Assembly (NCBI GenBank): GCA_051294375.1
Contig: CM119270.1
Span: 7,488,671-7,552,670, forward strand
From: Paraspadella gotoi
Lineage: Eukaryota > Animalia > Chaetognatha
Reading direction: 5' to 3'
DNA: 64,000 nt
Positions within the stretch are counted from its first letter, which is position 1, and every line of letters begins with the position of its first letter. The position numbers and the translations under genes are program-made. This document shows positions 50,011-64,000 of the stretch, piece by piece. Under the pieces are notes generated by a model. The model was given only the letters and a program-made list of their open reading frames with translations, ran no database searches and was not told the origin of the DNA.

Positions 50011-51499
50011 TGATGACCTTAAAGCAAGAGTAATATAATTTGGGAGAAGGATTTACCATTTCTTTCCATTTTACGCTTTAGTTTTCTAAAGCGAGATAGC
50101 TATAGAATATAAATCCTGTCAAACTGAAAAACGGATAATAGAGAACCTGCAAATTAGGCATGAATGAATAAAATCAATCAAAGGACAATGTTTTTTAATT
50201 GAACTATTTAGTAAAACCAGTACACAGCTAAAAACCATTTGGCCTAATTGCCAAAAACAGCAAAAATCAACGAATAATGAAATCTAACTTTCTATTTCTT
50301 GGGAATTGTACAAACTTCAGGCGTCGTCATCCAGGCACACACAGATCATTTCAACATAAAACTTCCAAAATTAAGTTTACATTTTAAAGCGATAACCAAC
50401 GATGTTGACTTGTGGTTAAGGTTCACCAATCTTGCTAATAAAACAAAACATAAGACGTTAAGAATGAAAGGAATATCTTATACTATTGACAGGTGGTGGT
50501 CCCCAAGATTGTATAGTGTGACCGGATTATAACATTAGAATTAACTATGATCGATCTTTTAACTACATTGAGCTAAATTTAACTATGCGAAGTTTCAAAA
50601 CTAATAATCAAGTTACAATCGACAATGAAATGAGAGCGAGGATCAACAGTTAATTATTTTTAGGAGTATAGTTAACAGCGATCTTCTTGACGAAAGTGTG
50701 GCGTCTGTTGATTACTTCCACTGTAACATTTGTAGTTTCAGGATTTCTGAATTTCTGAATGTTTGCAAGTTGGTTTGTATCATCTATCACTACGTCGTAC
50801 CACATTAAGTTCATTGGTAGTACTTTTGCGATTTACTTATATTTTGAACGAATTGTTCACGAGGATGAGGGATGGCACTTAGATGTGGATGCCGGTAGGT
50901 TGATCGCGAGATGAATGAGTGGGGGTAAGAATCACCACTCCTTGCCAATCCGTTCGGTAAAATCAATGCGTATCATCCCATCGACATAGTCCGATTTCTT
51001 TGGCTGAATAACTGACTGAGTCGTATTAATACTAATGTCTCTTGAGAGTCCAGAATAATAGTTTTCTGAAACGGATGTTACTTTTTGTAAACCACTTCGC
51101 ATACACGTTTGTTTTTGCTATCTTTTGGCGAGCGCCTGAGTTACGTTCACGAGATTCACTTCTGGTTCGACGTTTATCCAGAGGATTAAGAGGTAAGTGA
51201 CTCAGTTCCCTATGATTATTACATCAGAGTCTTGCAGTAGTATTTATGTTCTCTGGTGAGGTTCATCCCTCTGCTGATCCTGGGGGAAGACAATTTGACG
51301 AAACGCTGGTGGCAGTACTTGCCTACTAAATTTGAATCAATTCTCGTTACACCAACAGGGGGAGGAGAACCAGTATAAGGTAAAGCAGAAGCTTCTATGC
51401 CCAATGGGTCGATTCGTTCATTACCGCATGTGCAATACTAGCTGCGTAGATCCCTATCGTAGAAATCGATTTTTCCAACGGAAATGCTCACCTCATTTC

Positions 51500-52184
51500 A
51501 TATAACTTAGCATTAACATTTTTAATTGTTCTCGTATTTCTTCAACTTCTTCTTTGCCTTAGAATCTTTACAGATGTAGTAGTACCGGCAGACCCTCGAG
51601 GCCAGTTGTCTTTCCTTAATGATGAGTGGACGCACGCCCATCGTGGATCAGCTTGCCTCGCCTTCATCCGGATTCTTTCATAAACTGGTCTCCTTCATCG
51701 AGGGAAGTACCTTTGCTTTCTGTTATATCTATCTTCTTCTTTAATCGCATCTCTTTTTTCTTTAAGTTTGAGCTTCTCTCTTGTTTCCTCTTTACCTCTT
51801 TGACGCATGTTTGAAATATATTCTGAGAGAGATTTAGGTTTTTGGTTAATCTAGTTTCAGTTGTCAGCTGAAGGCAAAGGTGGGGCTAACCAAAGAAAAG
51901 AAAAGAAACGTGGTCATATCGTTCTTGCTATTGGAGTTTGTATTATGGTCCATTCAAATCAAGGCAAATGAATCTACCAAGATTTGCCGTATTGTTCCAT
52001 AACGTTTCGTTAGGGGTCCCAATTAAGGGCCCCTGTTTTTGGCGCTCCACATTTCCCTGTGACGTGGAAGGCCTGATAGGCGACACTGTTGTTCGTTTCT
52101 TAGTGCCTAAACCTCTACATGTTGCCTCCAATGACATCCGAGACAATTTCTCCACCCATTGTCAGATGTCAGACGCTTAGGTGG
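51500..52184 (-). pseudogene. Frameshifted Gypsy integrase (second half of the rve core plus C-terminal region)
   Basis: Pieced across frames: PPKRLTSDNG…LEATCRGLGTKKRTTV.Y.PS.SQGNVERQN (second D and E of the DDE triad), then YNRK…DEGDQ…RGKL.PRW, which resembles the GPF/Y region. Confidence 0.85.
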
Positions 52185-53263
52185 TCAAGAAAAGAAAAGA
52201 AAAGAAAAGAAAAGAAAGGAAAGATAATTTGACTAGAAAAAAAAGGAGGGTAATAAGAGAAGGGAAAGCCGAAGCAAATGAAGACGAAAACAAGAAAAAC
52301 AAAAACAACAAGATGTCGAACGACGACGACGACGACGACAACCACAAAGACGACAGCGACGACGACAGGAACGTTTTTCGGGTCTCCCGCTCGGAAGCCA
52401 TGAGACTGTTTACTTTGGACATCAAAGGTTGTGGACTTTGCAGAATGCGTTGCACAGAGCGCGGCACGTGACACGAATAGGTTCTCTTTACGTTTTTTTT
52501 TTGTCTTTTCTTATTTGGTCTTCTTCTTTCGTCGGCTGGAGGCGTTGCGATTATTTGTCAATCAGTCAAGCGCAATTGTATAAGATAAACTTTATTTCTT
52601 ATAACATGATATATGATAATTTTTATATTGGTTGTACCAATTTCATATATATATATAAATTATACAAAATATACCAAAATGTAATGTTTCATTTAATTTC
52701 ATCGGTTTTTTAACTAAATTTTACTAATGTTATTAAAATACAACATGAAAAGAAAAGGAAATAAATCCCGAATCTTAAATACTAAATCCGGAATCCTAAA
52801 TCCCAGTTCGTCAATTTTCCGCGCCATTTAAGCAGACGTCAACGAATCGAGCGGCGAAGACGAATTCGATTTTGTCGGAAAACCCTGTATTCATTTGGGT
52901 CGGAATGGGCGCCGGGGGGGGAGGGGGGGGGGTGAATGGAGGAGGAAGAGGAAGAGGAACGGGATCGAGTTGCCTCCCGGGCGAAGAGGCTCCAGATGGA
53001 AAAAATCCCTTTTCGAATGGAATCATATTTTCTGGCCAAAAGCGGATGAGGAGGGGATGAGGAGGAGGAGGAAGAGGAGGATGAGGAGAAGAAAAGAAGA
53101 GAAGGAAGGAATGAAGGAAAGAAAAAATATATAAATAAGAAGTAACGTTGGACGTGATAGTTGTGAACACGGAATCGTAGCGTGATGAGAGAAAGTGTGA
53201 GAGACAAAATGAATACGGGGATTACGAAATGGTGAATGTGATGAAGTTCCGCTGAGGGATAAG

Positions 53264-53350
<87 letters not shown>
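53264..53350. repeat. (TTTC)n microsatellite
   Basis: Directly visible. Confidence 0.97.
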
Positions 53351-53351
<1 letters not shown>

Positions 53352-53464
53352 TTTTTCTTTCTTTTTTTCTTCATTTCTTTATTTATTTATTTCTTTCTTT
53401 CGTTCTTTCCTTTCCTCCCTTTCCTCCCTTGCTTTTCTCCCTTTCCTTTCCTTCCTTCATCTCT

Positions 53465-54262
53465 CCTCCGACCTCGCTTTTCACGCTTGACCTCGTCCGC
53501 CATATTTTTCTCTCCCTCGACGGAAAAACTGAGTCATTTTTCGACGCGGGTCGACCCACTTCCGGCTTTGACGCCGGTTCCGGTATAAGCGCCACGTTGA
53601 CGCCTACTTCCGGTGACGATGGCACTATTTATCTTGACGCCATTACTGATATCAGCGTGAATTGAGGAATCGGCTACATCATTAAAGCGAAGATCTTTTT
53701 TCCTAATTTTGATTCCATTTTTTTTTAATATGATGCTGACGTATTTGTCACTCTTACTACCAGATGCCATTTTCTGGAATCATTGCCACTTATCGCATTT
53801 GCCATCCCACGACGCCGGCATCGATTACGGCCCGTCGGTGGCATAAACAAGGATTAAGGAGAATTAGGACTTCGAGAGGAATTTATAGTTTTTTTGGTTT
53901 TTTTTTTGAGGAAATTGAGCCGCGAGATTATTTTTGATTCGAAATAATACAGATTCGCATTGTATTCATTTGTAAAATATAAGAACGTTTGAGATACTTT
54001 GTGCCTACTGCCTAGTATGTTAAACGTTAAGGAAACACCACTTTTTTTAAAGTCTTATTTACAATTTTACTGAATTTTTAATAAAATATTTCCAAATCTT
54101 TGATATTCTTTCCCCCCCCGCGAAAAAAAACAACCACAAAACTGTGAATTATAACTCACAAGGACAACAACTCACAAGGCTTAGGATTGGCGACGATGGG
54201 GGATCAAGAAGCATCGCGAAAACATCGGATTAGGGAAGAAGCAAAAGGAAATTAACGCCGCC

Positions 54263-54350
<88 letters not shown>

Positions 54351-56750
54351 TGAATGAGACCAGGGTGACTTGAGGTTACTTAAGTAAAAATGGCGCAATG
54401 AAATCACTTTTAAGATGAACTTGAAACAGATTGAAGTTAAATAGGTACAATAGAATAGAATAAATAATAAATAATGTATTGCGACAATCCTTAAAAAAGG
54501 AATTCTAGCAAAAAAAAGGGTTGAGACAACTTGACAATGAACGACGATTGGGTTAACGTTAACAAAACTGAAAGAATGTGAAAAAAGAAAGTAAAAAGAT
54601 TGAGAGTGAATGTCACTGGGAGGGAAAGACCTTTATACCTAAATTGACTCACTGACTCTCGCACCGTCACACACACTTTGAGTTTTAAGGACTTCAAAGT
54701 TTTCACGTTTTTTCTTGATTAAGTCGCGTCAAGCGGTCGACAGAGGGTTAAACAGAGGGAGAGAGAGTGAATTCCTCCGACCGACATCGCTTTTCAACGC
54801 TTGACCTCAGTCCGCCATATTTCTCCCTCCCCCTCGCTCCCCCCCCTCCGACGTCCGTCAGAATACTCCTCGCGTCATCTCTATTCGCAGCGACGGTGCC
54901 GCACCAGCTTATCCGGCTTCTGACCGCCCCGCCGGTTCCGGTTTCTCCCTACGCGCCCCACCAGTTGCACGCACCTCACATAAACTCTATAGAATTACAC
55001 TAAGTATAAAAATTACCACCATTCTCCGGTGACGATTGTGAACACCAGTAGCAATTATTAAGATTAAGGCAAACCAAGTAGGACAATGACGTATAAAAAT
55101 CACAAGCAATTAAAAGAAACACATATGTACGAATATGCCACGCCGAGAGATGAAAGAGAGAGGAACATCCGCTACCAAACAATTATGCACATTAAAGGGC
55201 GACAATCTTTCCTTACCTTCATTCACAGATATTTGATTCGCTGAGTATTCATCATTTCATGGCAATTACAGAATAAAGATGACTTCGGAACAAATCTAAC
55301 TTAAAGAAAGACATGATATAGTCTCACACCACACATCTTACTTACCAGATGCGCATTTTCACCTGGATGAATGATCACCCCACTAAACCGCCCACTTAAT
55401 CGCGATGTTGCCAATCAACCCCAGCGCAACCGTAAAAAGAAACAATCAGGAGCATTACGAGGCGAGACCACCAAAGGGCCAAACGCAGTGACATCGGTGG
55501 CTAAAAGCAAGAGACTTCAGACCGAAATAACGGATCTCACAAGCAGCAGTTTATATATTAATCTGACAATATAGGTTTTTATTGAGGAAATTGAGCCCCC
55601 CACCGAACGGATCGCAGACACTATTAATTCTTCTGAAGAAATATATCGAAAAAGATATACTACAGTACAATTAAGCAGATTGCTCACAGTTTATTGTAAA
55701 ATATAGAGAATCAACAAAGTTTTGGAAGCGATTACGGCTGAGAACGCTCTAACACTGCTTCGATGTTGCCTACCTGCCACAAAGCCTAAGTAAATGTAAC
55801 GTTCCAGCACGAGCCTGCCCGATTTTGATTAAATAAGTCGATTAAACATTGAGGATTCAGAATCACTAATACCTATACGAATTTTGTAATATTAACTAAC
55901 TGATTACTCCTCACTTTAATGTATACAGACACCAATTCCTCTGCACCAACGACAGAATAAAAAAAACAACGAACACAACTGTGACATTATAATCACAAGG
56001 ACAACAACTCACAAGGCTATAAAGGATTGGCCGACCGATGGGTGGATGACAGAGAAGCATCGCGGAAAACACTCGATTAGGGGAAGAAGCAAACAGGAAT
56101 TAACCGACCGCAAAGAGGGAGAGAGAGAGAGAGAGAGAGAAGAGAGAGAGACGAGAGCAGAAGAGACGACGAGAGACGCACGAGAGGAGAGAAGAAGAGA
56201 AAGAAGAAAAGATGACGATGAATGACTTGATACACACCGAGGTAGCATCTTGCAGTATACTAAGTAAAAATGGAACAGCAATGAAATCACTTATATAAGA
56301 TGAACTTGAAACAGATGATGCAAGTAAATAGGTACAAATAGAATATGAATCAAATAGGATAAATAATGTATTGCGGACAATCCTTAAAAAAGATATCTAG
56401 ACAAAAAAAGGGTAGAATTGACAAGAACGGAATTGGAACCGTTAACAAACACTGAAAGAAATGTTGAAAACAAGAAAGTAAAAAGATTGAGGTGAATGTT
56501 CACAGTGGCAGGAAAAGACCTTTATACGTAAACTCTGACTCCACTGACATAACTGCATCCGCACCGTCACACAACACCACTTTTGAGTTTTAATGGACTT
56601 TTTCAAGTTTTCACGATATTTCTTTGATTAAGTGCGTCAAGCGGGTGCACAGAGGGTTTAAACAGAGGGGAGGGAGAGTGAAGGAGTGAGAGTGTGATGT
56701 GAGTGAAAGGAGTAGAGACTTAGGCATGTCATCATAGCGACATGGAGAGA

Positions 56751-56811
<61 letters not shown>

Positions 56812-59423
56812 GAGAGAGAAGGAGAGAGAGAGAATAGAATTATTGGACTCATCGCCTTAACTTTTCCTTAAGAAGGGTTTGGCAGTCGCTGGGAAGTGTT
56901 TTGCAAAGAGAGAGAGGAGAGAGAGACGAGCAGAGAGAGATGAGAGAGAGAGAGAGAGAGTAAGAGAGAGAGGAGAGACGACGAGCCACNNNNNNNNNNN
57001 NNNNNNNNNNNNNNCTCGTCCTTGGCAGGCGACGAGGGTGACGACAAAGGGGGTTTTCCTTTTTTTCACGGCGCGCTTCTTCTTTGACGAGGCGGAACAA
57101 TCACATGCAGGTTTTCTCTTTTCTTCACTACAGGGTTATCCTCGTGGAAACCATCGAGCAGAGAGCTGGCCACGGATGTTAATCATTCCCGGATCTAATT
57201 AAAGTTACCCGGCATAATTTTTTTCTTGGTTGCTTTTGGTTTTTTTCATAATGTTTTTTTTAATTATTCTTTTCTCTAACAAAATTATTTGTTTTTCGTT
57301 GATTTTTTTAGTTTTAGTTTCAATGTGGAGATGATAAATAAAAATAAACGTTAAAGATTGTTTAACAAGACAAAGACTAGTTTTGAGCAGTTTAAAAAAA
57401 ATTTGCTTTTCCTAGTCGACATTTACGAAAACAAATTTGATTTTCCATGACAGTATATTCCTCCGACCGACATCGCTTTTCAACGCTTGACCTCAGTCCG
57501 CCATATTTCTCCCTCCCCCTCGCTCCCCCCCCTCCGACGTCCGTCAGAATACTCCTCGCGTCATCTCTATTCGCAGCGACGGTGCCGCACCAGCTTATCC
57601 GGCTTCTGACCGCCCCGCCGGTTCCGGTTTCTCCCTACGCGCCCCACCAGTTGCACGCACCTCACATAAACTCTATAGAATTACACTAAGTATAAAAATT
57701 ACCACCATTCTCCGGTGACGATTGTGAACACCAGTAGCAATTATTAAGATTAAGGCAAACCAAGTAGGACAATGACGTATAAAAATCACAAGCAATTAAA
57801 AGAAACACATATGTACGAATATGCCACGCCGAGAGATGAAAGAGAGAGGAACATCCGCTACCAAACAATTATGCACATTAAAGGGCGACAATCTTTCCTT
57901 ACCTTCATTCACAGATATTTGATTCGCTGAGTATTCATCATTTCATGGCAATTACAGAATAAAGATGACTTCGGAACAAATCTAACTTAAAGAAAGACAT
58001 GATATAGTCTCACACCACACATCTTACTTACCAGATGCGCATTTTCACCTGGATGAATGATCACCCCACTAAACCGCCCACTTAATCGCGATGTTGCCAA
58101 TCAACCCCAGCGCAACCGTAAAAAGAAACAATCAGGAGCATTACGAGGCGAGACCACCAAAGGGCCAAACGCAGTGACATCGGTGGCTAAAAGCAAGAGA
58201 CTTCAGACCGAAATAACGGATCTCACAAGCAGCAGTTTATATATTAATCTGACAATATAGGTTTTTATTGAGGAAATTGAGCCCCCCACCGAACGGATCG
58301 CAGACACTATTAATTCTTCTGAAGAAATATATCGAAAAAGATATACTACAGTACAATTAAGCAGATTGCTCACAGTTTATTGTAAAATATAGAGAATCAA
58401 CAAAGTTTTGGAAGCGATTACGGCTGAGAACGCTCTAACACTGCTTCGATGTTGCCTACCTGCCACAAAGCCTAAGTAAATGTAACGTTCCAGCACGAGC
58501 CTGCCCGATTTTGATTAAATAAGTCGATTAAACATTGAGGATTCAGAATCACTAATACCTATACGAATTTTGTAATATTAACTAACTGATTACTCCTCAC
58601 TTTAATGTATACAGACACCAATTCCTCTGCACCAACGACAGAATAAAAAAAACCAACGCAACACAAACTGGGAATTATAATCACAAGGACAACATACTCA
58701 CAAGGCTTATTAGGATGGCGGACGATGGGTGGATGACAGAAAGCATCGGCGGAAAACATCGATTAGGGAAGAAGCAAACAGGAATTACGCGCAAAGAGGA
58801 GGAGAGAGGAGAGAGAGAGAGAAGAGAGAGAGACGAGAGCAGAGAGAGAAGAGAGAGACGCAGAGAGGAGAGAAGAGAGAGAAAGAAAGAGGAATGAAGT
58901 GAATGAACGATAACACACCGAGTCGACTGAGTATACTAAGTAAAAATGGAGCGCAATGAAATCACTTTTAATGACTATGAAACAGATTGAAGTAAATACG
59001 TGTACAAATAGAATAGAATCAAAATAGGATAAATAATGTATTGCGAACAATTCCTTGAAAAGAAATATCTAGCAAAAAAAGGGAGAAAACTTACATGCGA
59101 AATTGGTTAACCGTTAACAAAACAACTGAAAGAAATTGTTGAAAACAGAAAGTAAAAAGATTGAGGTGAATGTCACGGGCAGTGAAAGACCTTTATAACC
59201 GTAAAACTGACCGTCGGCACTGACTCAACTCATCACGCACGTCACAAACACCACTTTTGAGTTTTAAGGACTTTTCAAGTTTTCACGATATTTTTTCTGA
59301 TTAATGTGCGTCAAGCGGAGTCGACCAGAGGGTTTAAACAGAGGGGAGGGAGAGTGACAGGAGTGAGAAGTGTCGATTGTGAGTGAAAGGGTAGAGAATT
59401 AGGATATCATGCGACATGGGAGA

Positions 59424-59484
<61 letters not shown>

Positions 59485-59615
59485 GAGAGAGAAGGAGAGA
59501 GAGAGAATAGAATTATTGGACTCATCGCCTTAACTTTTCCTTAAGAAGGGTTTGGCAGTCGCTGGGAAGTGTTTTGCAAAGAGAGAGAGCGAGAGAGCAG
59601 AGAGCAGAGAGAGAT

Positions 59616-59646
<31 letters not shown>

Positions 59647-60120
59647 GAGAGAGACGAGCCACCTCGTCCTTGGCAGGCACGACGAGGGTGACGACAAAGG
59701 GGGTTTTTCTTTTTTTCACGCGCGCGCTTCTTCTTTGACGAGGCGGAACAATCACATGCAGGTTTTCTCTTTCTTCACTACACGGGTTATCTCGTGGAAA
59801 CCATCGAGCAAGAGAGCTGGCCACGGATGTAATAACATTCCGATCTAATTAAAGCTATACGCGGCAATACATATTTTTTTTCTTGGTTGCTCTTGGTTTT
59901 TTTCATAATGTTTTTTTTAATTAGTTCTTTTCTCTAAACAAAATTAAATTTGTTTTTCGTTGATTTTTTAGTTTAGTGTTTCAAATGTGGAGATGATAAA
60001 TAAAAATAAACGTTAAAGATTGTTTAACAAGACAAAGACTAGTTTTGAGAGTTTAAAAAAAATTTGCTTTTACGCTAGTCGACATTTACGAAACAAATTT
60101 GATTTTTCCATGAGCAGTAT
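53465..60120. repeat. Three overlapping versions of the same locus (53465-54760; 54771-57456; 57457-60120), probably a long-read gap-fill artefact
   Basis: 54771-~55960 and 57457-~58650 appear identical to each other, and both are insertion-riddled versions of 53465-54130. The remainder differs by indels, and there is a 25-N gap at 56990-57014. Confidence 0.85.
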
Positions 60121-60980
60121 TAATATAAAGTAAAAATAAACAAAAAAGAAAAGAGGCAAAAAGTAAACCTAAATACCAAAGCGAAATAAAGTTCTAACGT
60201 GAGATTACGAGAAAGCAAAGAAAGTGACGGCGGAAGAGAGAGAGAGAGAAGAGAGAGAAGAGAGAGGAGAGACGAGGAGAGAGAGAGCATGAGAGAGAGA
60301 AGAGAAGAGAGAGAAGAGAGGAAGAGCAGAGAAGAGAGAACTCACAAAAACGGCAACGTGAAATATCGCCAACGCGCAGGAACCCCGGACGAAGGACAGG
60401 ATTCAATATTCATGGCCAAAACAACTGTGGAGGAGACAGAGAGAGGAGAGAGAGAGAGAGAGAAGCAGAGAGAGAGAAGAGAGAAGGAGAGAGAGAGAGA
60501 GGAGAGAGAGAGCAGAGCGCAACCAGCGGGAAGCAAACGTGAGAACCTCAACGCCGATTAAGGGCGGATTATTCTTCATATTCGTTTTTTTTTTCTGGTT
60601 TTTGCCAGAGTGAACCTCGCAAAGAGCAAGAAGAGACTGAATCAAGACTAACAGGCAAAGGTGTACACAGGATACCTAACAGAAACATAAAACAGTAGCT
60701 AACGACTAGTAAAAATAGAGAGCAAAAATAGCCCCAGAAATGAACATGTCAGAAAAAAAATCGCGCCACTCTTTTTTCCTTCTTACAGTAATTTTAAGAA
60801 ATACACCCTATATACTTGAATTTAAAAAGAAATTAAATAAAGTCGAATTTAAAAGTTTTTTAAAAGATTACAAAAAGACTCGAATGTGAAGAACTACAAT
60901 ACAATAGCGCCAGTCACATCCGCGAGGGAGGAGAGCATGGACTAAATCTGGATTGCCGCCAGATCCCCTAAATAATTATC

Positions 60981-61578
60981 TTAAGGTTATTGAAATATAA
61001 GATGAATAATAAGCCCAGTCAGTGAAAGTTACGTACGAAAATTCTAAGGTAATTATGAACAAACATAGCCATCAGTGACACATATAATTTTGTAAAAAAA
61101 AGAATATTTTATGTTTTTTATTTTGCGCAGTATATGCTTAATATTTATAATACTAGTACTATCGCTTATAAAAATCAAAAATATTTAAAATAGGGCTTTT
61201 TTAAATTTTGGATTGCAGATTTGAATTCCTCGTCAAGAAGTTGAGTAAAAGAAATATTTAACATTATTTTTAAAAACTTCTTTCATTAAAGTGGGTTAAA
61301 AATTATAAGAAACTACTATTAAATATATAAAAAGTTAATTTCAACTTTTTTATACGAATCCAAATCTAGGCAAAACAAACTTAGAAAAAGACTGTTTTGA
61401 AATTTTTAAAACATTTACTTGGATTAGTACTAGTAAAATATCGGCTAACTGCAAAATTGGTAAAATTTATTATAAATTTATTTTTATTACATAATGTGCT
61501 TAAGTATGAAATGTTGTTCGTTCCTCACTTGTAGAATTTATCATAAAGTTAGAATTTGGAAATTTTACTACGCTTTAA
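60981..61578. mobile_element. Degenerate AT-rich inverted-repeat DNA transposon remnant, possibly TTAA-flanked
   Basis: Internal inverted similarity (cagatttgaattcctcgtcaagaagttga vs tcaacttttttatacgaatccaaatct; tactagta in both arms). The right arm matches 9737-9990. Confidence 0.5.
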
Positions 61579-64000
61579 ATGAATAATAGATCCACTAATT
61601 CTGAGTTTTGAGATAAAATTCATTTTTCTTATCTTAGTTTTTAGAGAAACACGCAAGTTTAAAAATCATATTTCATGGTATCAAATTTATACACATATTA
61701 ATTCCTTTTTTAAAAAATATTATTTTTTCTATATATAATTTTAAAAATGTTTTTATAAGATTGCCTGAAGTATAATCGGAGTTATAAAAGTGGCTCGGTC
61801 TTTTTTTTTCTTTTTTTTTTTGGCACAGTAGTGTAAGAACGCGATTTCAAGCGAACAGAACCCTCCTCTTTAATTTATCGATGTCGATGTGAACTAAAGA
61901 GAGAGGAATCTATTGACGTCTTGGATGAGGACGATAAATGAGACGCGGAAGTGAGACGATACGCGGGGAGCAATCCGATGCAGTCGGACCACGCAGTGCG
62001 GCATCTGAAGCAGGCGAATTAACCTGCGATAGAGGGCGAAAGTATTTTAAATACACTATAACTCCACAGAAAAGTAACAATGTGTTGTCTGTATTGTAAG
62101 CGGGCGACGAGTATCTTATTTCCTGANNNNNNNNNNNNNNNNNNNNNNNNNACTGTAAACTTCTAAACAATTACAGTAGAGCAGAGTTATAGATACGACC
62201 CATTCTTTCGTAAGATCTAGATCCAACTACAGTCGATTCCGCGTCTCGCGATCGGCGGATAATTTTCTTCTTCCAATCTCGAAGCGACCGAAATTTCTCC
62301 TTTTCGTTCCCCGACGTCTCGTTATAAAGGGTCCCCACTGTACGGATCGATTCGCCGGGGAAAAGGGAGGGAATGAAAGAGAAGGAAAATAGAAAGCGGA
62401 GATTATCTTCCCCTGATCGCTCGTTGCTGACTTTTCTCTTCGTTTGTGACTTAAATATATAGAAAGGATTCAGGTTTCTGAAACAATGTGGAAAGATGTG
62501 GAAAACAAAAGGGAAAACTTAGGGGGGAAAGAAAGAAAAAGACAAACTAAAAAAAAAAAAAAAATTGAAATAATTAATTTCGTTATTAAAATAAGAAATG
62601 ATTTAATGAGCGAAACGATGAACGAAATAAGGAGAAAAAAAAATATGAAAAAGAAAATCGAGGATAAAAAATGAAAAAAAAAAGTTCCGAGTATAAATAA
62701 TGTTCTCGTCTCGAGAAAGAAAATGGAGGACGACGGAGAAACGGAGGAAAAAGAAAAGAAAAAGAGGAAAAAGAAAAGAAAAAGAGGAAAAAAGAAAGGA
62801 AAATGAGGAAAAAGAAAGGAAAATGAGGACAAAGAAAAGAAAAAGAGGAAAAAAGACAGGAAAATGAGGAAAAAGAAAAGAAAAAGAGGAAAAAAGAAAG
62901 GAAAATGAGGAAAAAGAATTTAGTTAATAAAGAGATGAAAAGAGAACATGAGGAAAGAGAATTAGATAAGAAGTAGACATGAGAAAAACGGAGAAAAACG
63001 AATAAAAGGACGAAGATAAAAAAAAANNNNNNNNNNNNNNNNNNNNNNNNNNNNNNNNNNNNNNNNNNNNNNNNNNNNNNNNNNNNNNNNNNNNNNNNNN
63101 NNNNNNNNNNNNNNNNNNNNNNNNNNNNNNNNNNNNNNNNNNNNNNNNNNNNNNNNNNNNNNNNNNNNNNNNNNNNNNNNNNNNNNNNNNNNNNNNNNNN
63201 NNNNNNNNNNNNNNNNNNNNNNNNNNNNNNNGAGAGAGAGAGAGAGGGAAAGATTGGTCGGATTTGTAATTATGAAAAAGTTGGGATCATGGTGATATGG
63301 GGATGAATTACAGAGAGAGATAGAGAGAAAAGGAGATAACGAAAGAGAGAGTTAAAAGAAACGGAGAAAGAGAGAGAGATAACCCTGATGCCCAAGGGTT
63401 TTTTTTTGCTCGGTAATCCAGTGGCATGGATGTTGTTAGGAAGGCATAAATGATCCTTGAGCGACTGAGCTTAAATAATTCCGAACCGCGAAATCGGCTG
63501 GAGGCTTTTACGCGTTTCCTTTTTCTTACTTCTTTCTTTTATATATATGTATANNNNNNNNNNNNNNNNNNNNNNNNNNNNNNNNNNNNNNNNNNNNNNN
63601 NNNNNNNNNNNNNNNNNNNNNNNNNNNNNNNNNNNNNNNNNNNNNNNNNNNNNNNNNNNNNNNNNNNNNNNNNTCTCTCTCTTTCTCGTTCGCGCATTCA
63701 TCACTGGAAAAAGCGTTGATGAACTTTAGGCTCAGTTGTGCCAAAAAGAAAACGAAGTCCAAGAGAAAAAATAGTTGGAGCCAAAGAGACAAGTTATGAA
63801 GATTATATTTACTATTTATTAAGAATAATAAATTAGATTATTTTTTTGTTTTTATTAGTTTGTTTTATTAAAAATATTTTTTGAACCGAAATCAATGAAC
63901 CAGAACTCATCTATGACAAATATCATGAAGCAATAGTAAAGGTAAAAAGTAATATTCAACGACTTTTAGATGAACATTGTTTTCATATTTTTACTGACCG

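Larger units (their letters stand above)
46650..52184 (-). mobile_element. Ty3/Gypsy LTR retrotransposon, 5'-truncated within integrase: IN, extra ORF, PPT, 3' LTR
   Basis: Integrase motifs at the right end, a polypurine tract directly followed by a TGT…ACA LTR at the left end, and a sharp junction relative to an empty-site copy at 46461-46500. Confidence 0.85.

Noticed and set aside
54767-58260. Identical duplicated ORFs (78/80 aa, 60 aa, 67 aa)
   Set aside because: They lie in error-inflated copies of non-coding sequence 53465-54130 and are absent from the clean copy.
61900-62230. GC-richer segment with small hairpins and an 86-aa ORF
   Set aside because: It straddles a 25-N gap and probably represents low-quality fill; no recognisable motif.

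Overview
AT-rich, microsatellite-dense eukaryotic genomic DNA (probably an invertebrate animal) from a gapped draft assembly. Nearly all ORFs in the supplied track are (GA)n/(CT)n/(GAC)n artefacts. Supported content: (1) a 7-exon minus-strand MFS transporter gene of the MFSD6 type (27347->23645, ~488 aa); (2) a second, diverged and frameshifted copy of its last exon at 22162-22418; (3) a Penelope-type minimal hammerhead ribozyme on the same strand, between the two last exons (22591-22648); (4) a 987-bp, almost fully palindromic hAT-type element with a perfect 8-bp TSD in intron 2; (5) a 5'-truncated Ty3/Gypsy LTR retrotransposon (46650-52184, minus) with integrase, polypurine tract, a 435-bp 3' LTR and an extra ~2.9-kb ORF of unknown function in the env position, with its empty-site allele next to it; (6) Helentron/DINE-like fragments, minisatellites and other dispersed repeats; (7) several indel-rich tandem copies beside 25-N gaps that look like long-read gap-filling artefacts. 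All alignments and translations were done by eye, so family assignments need database confirmation.
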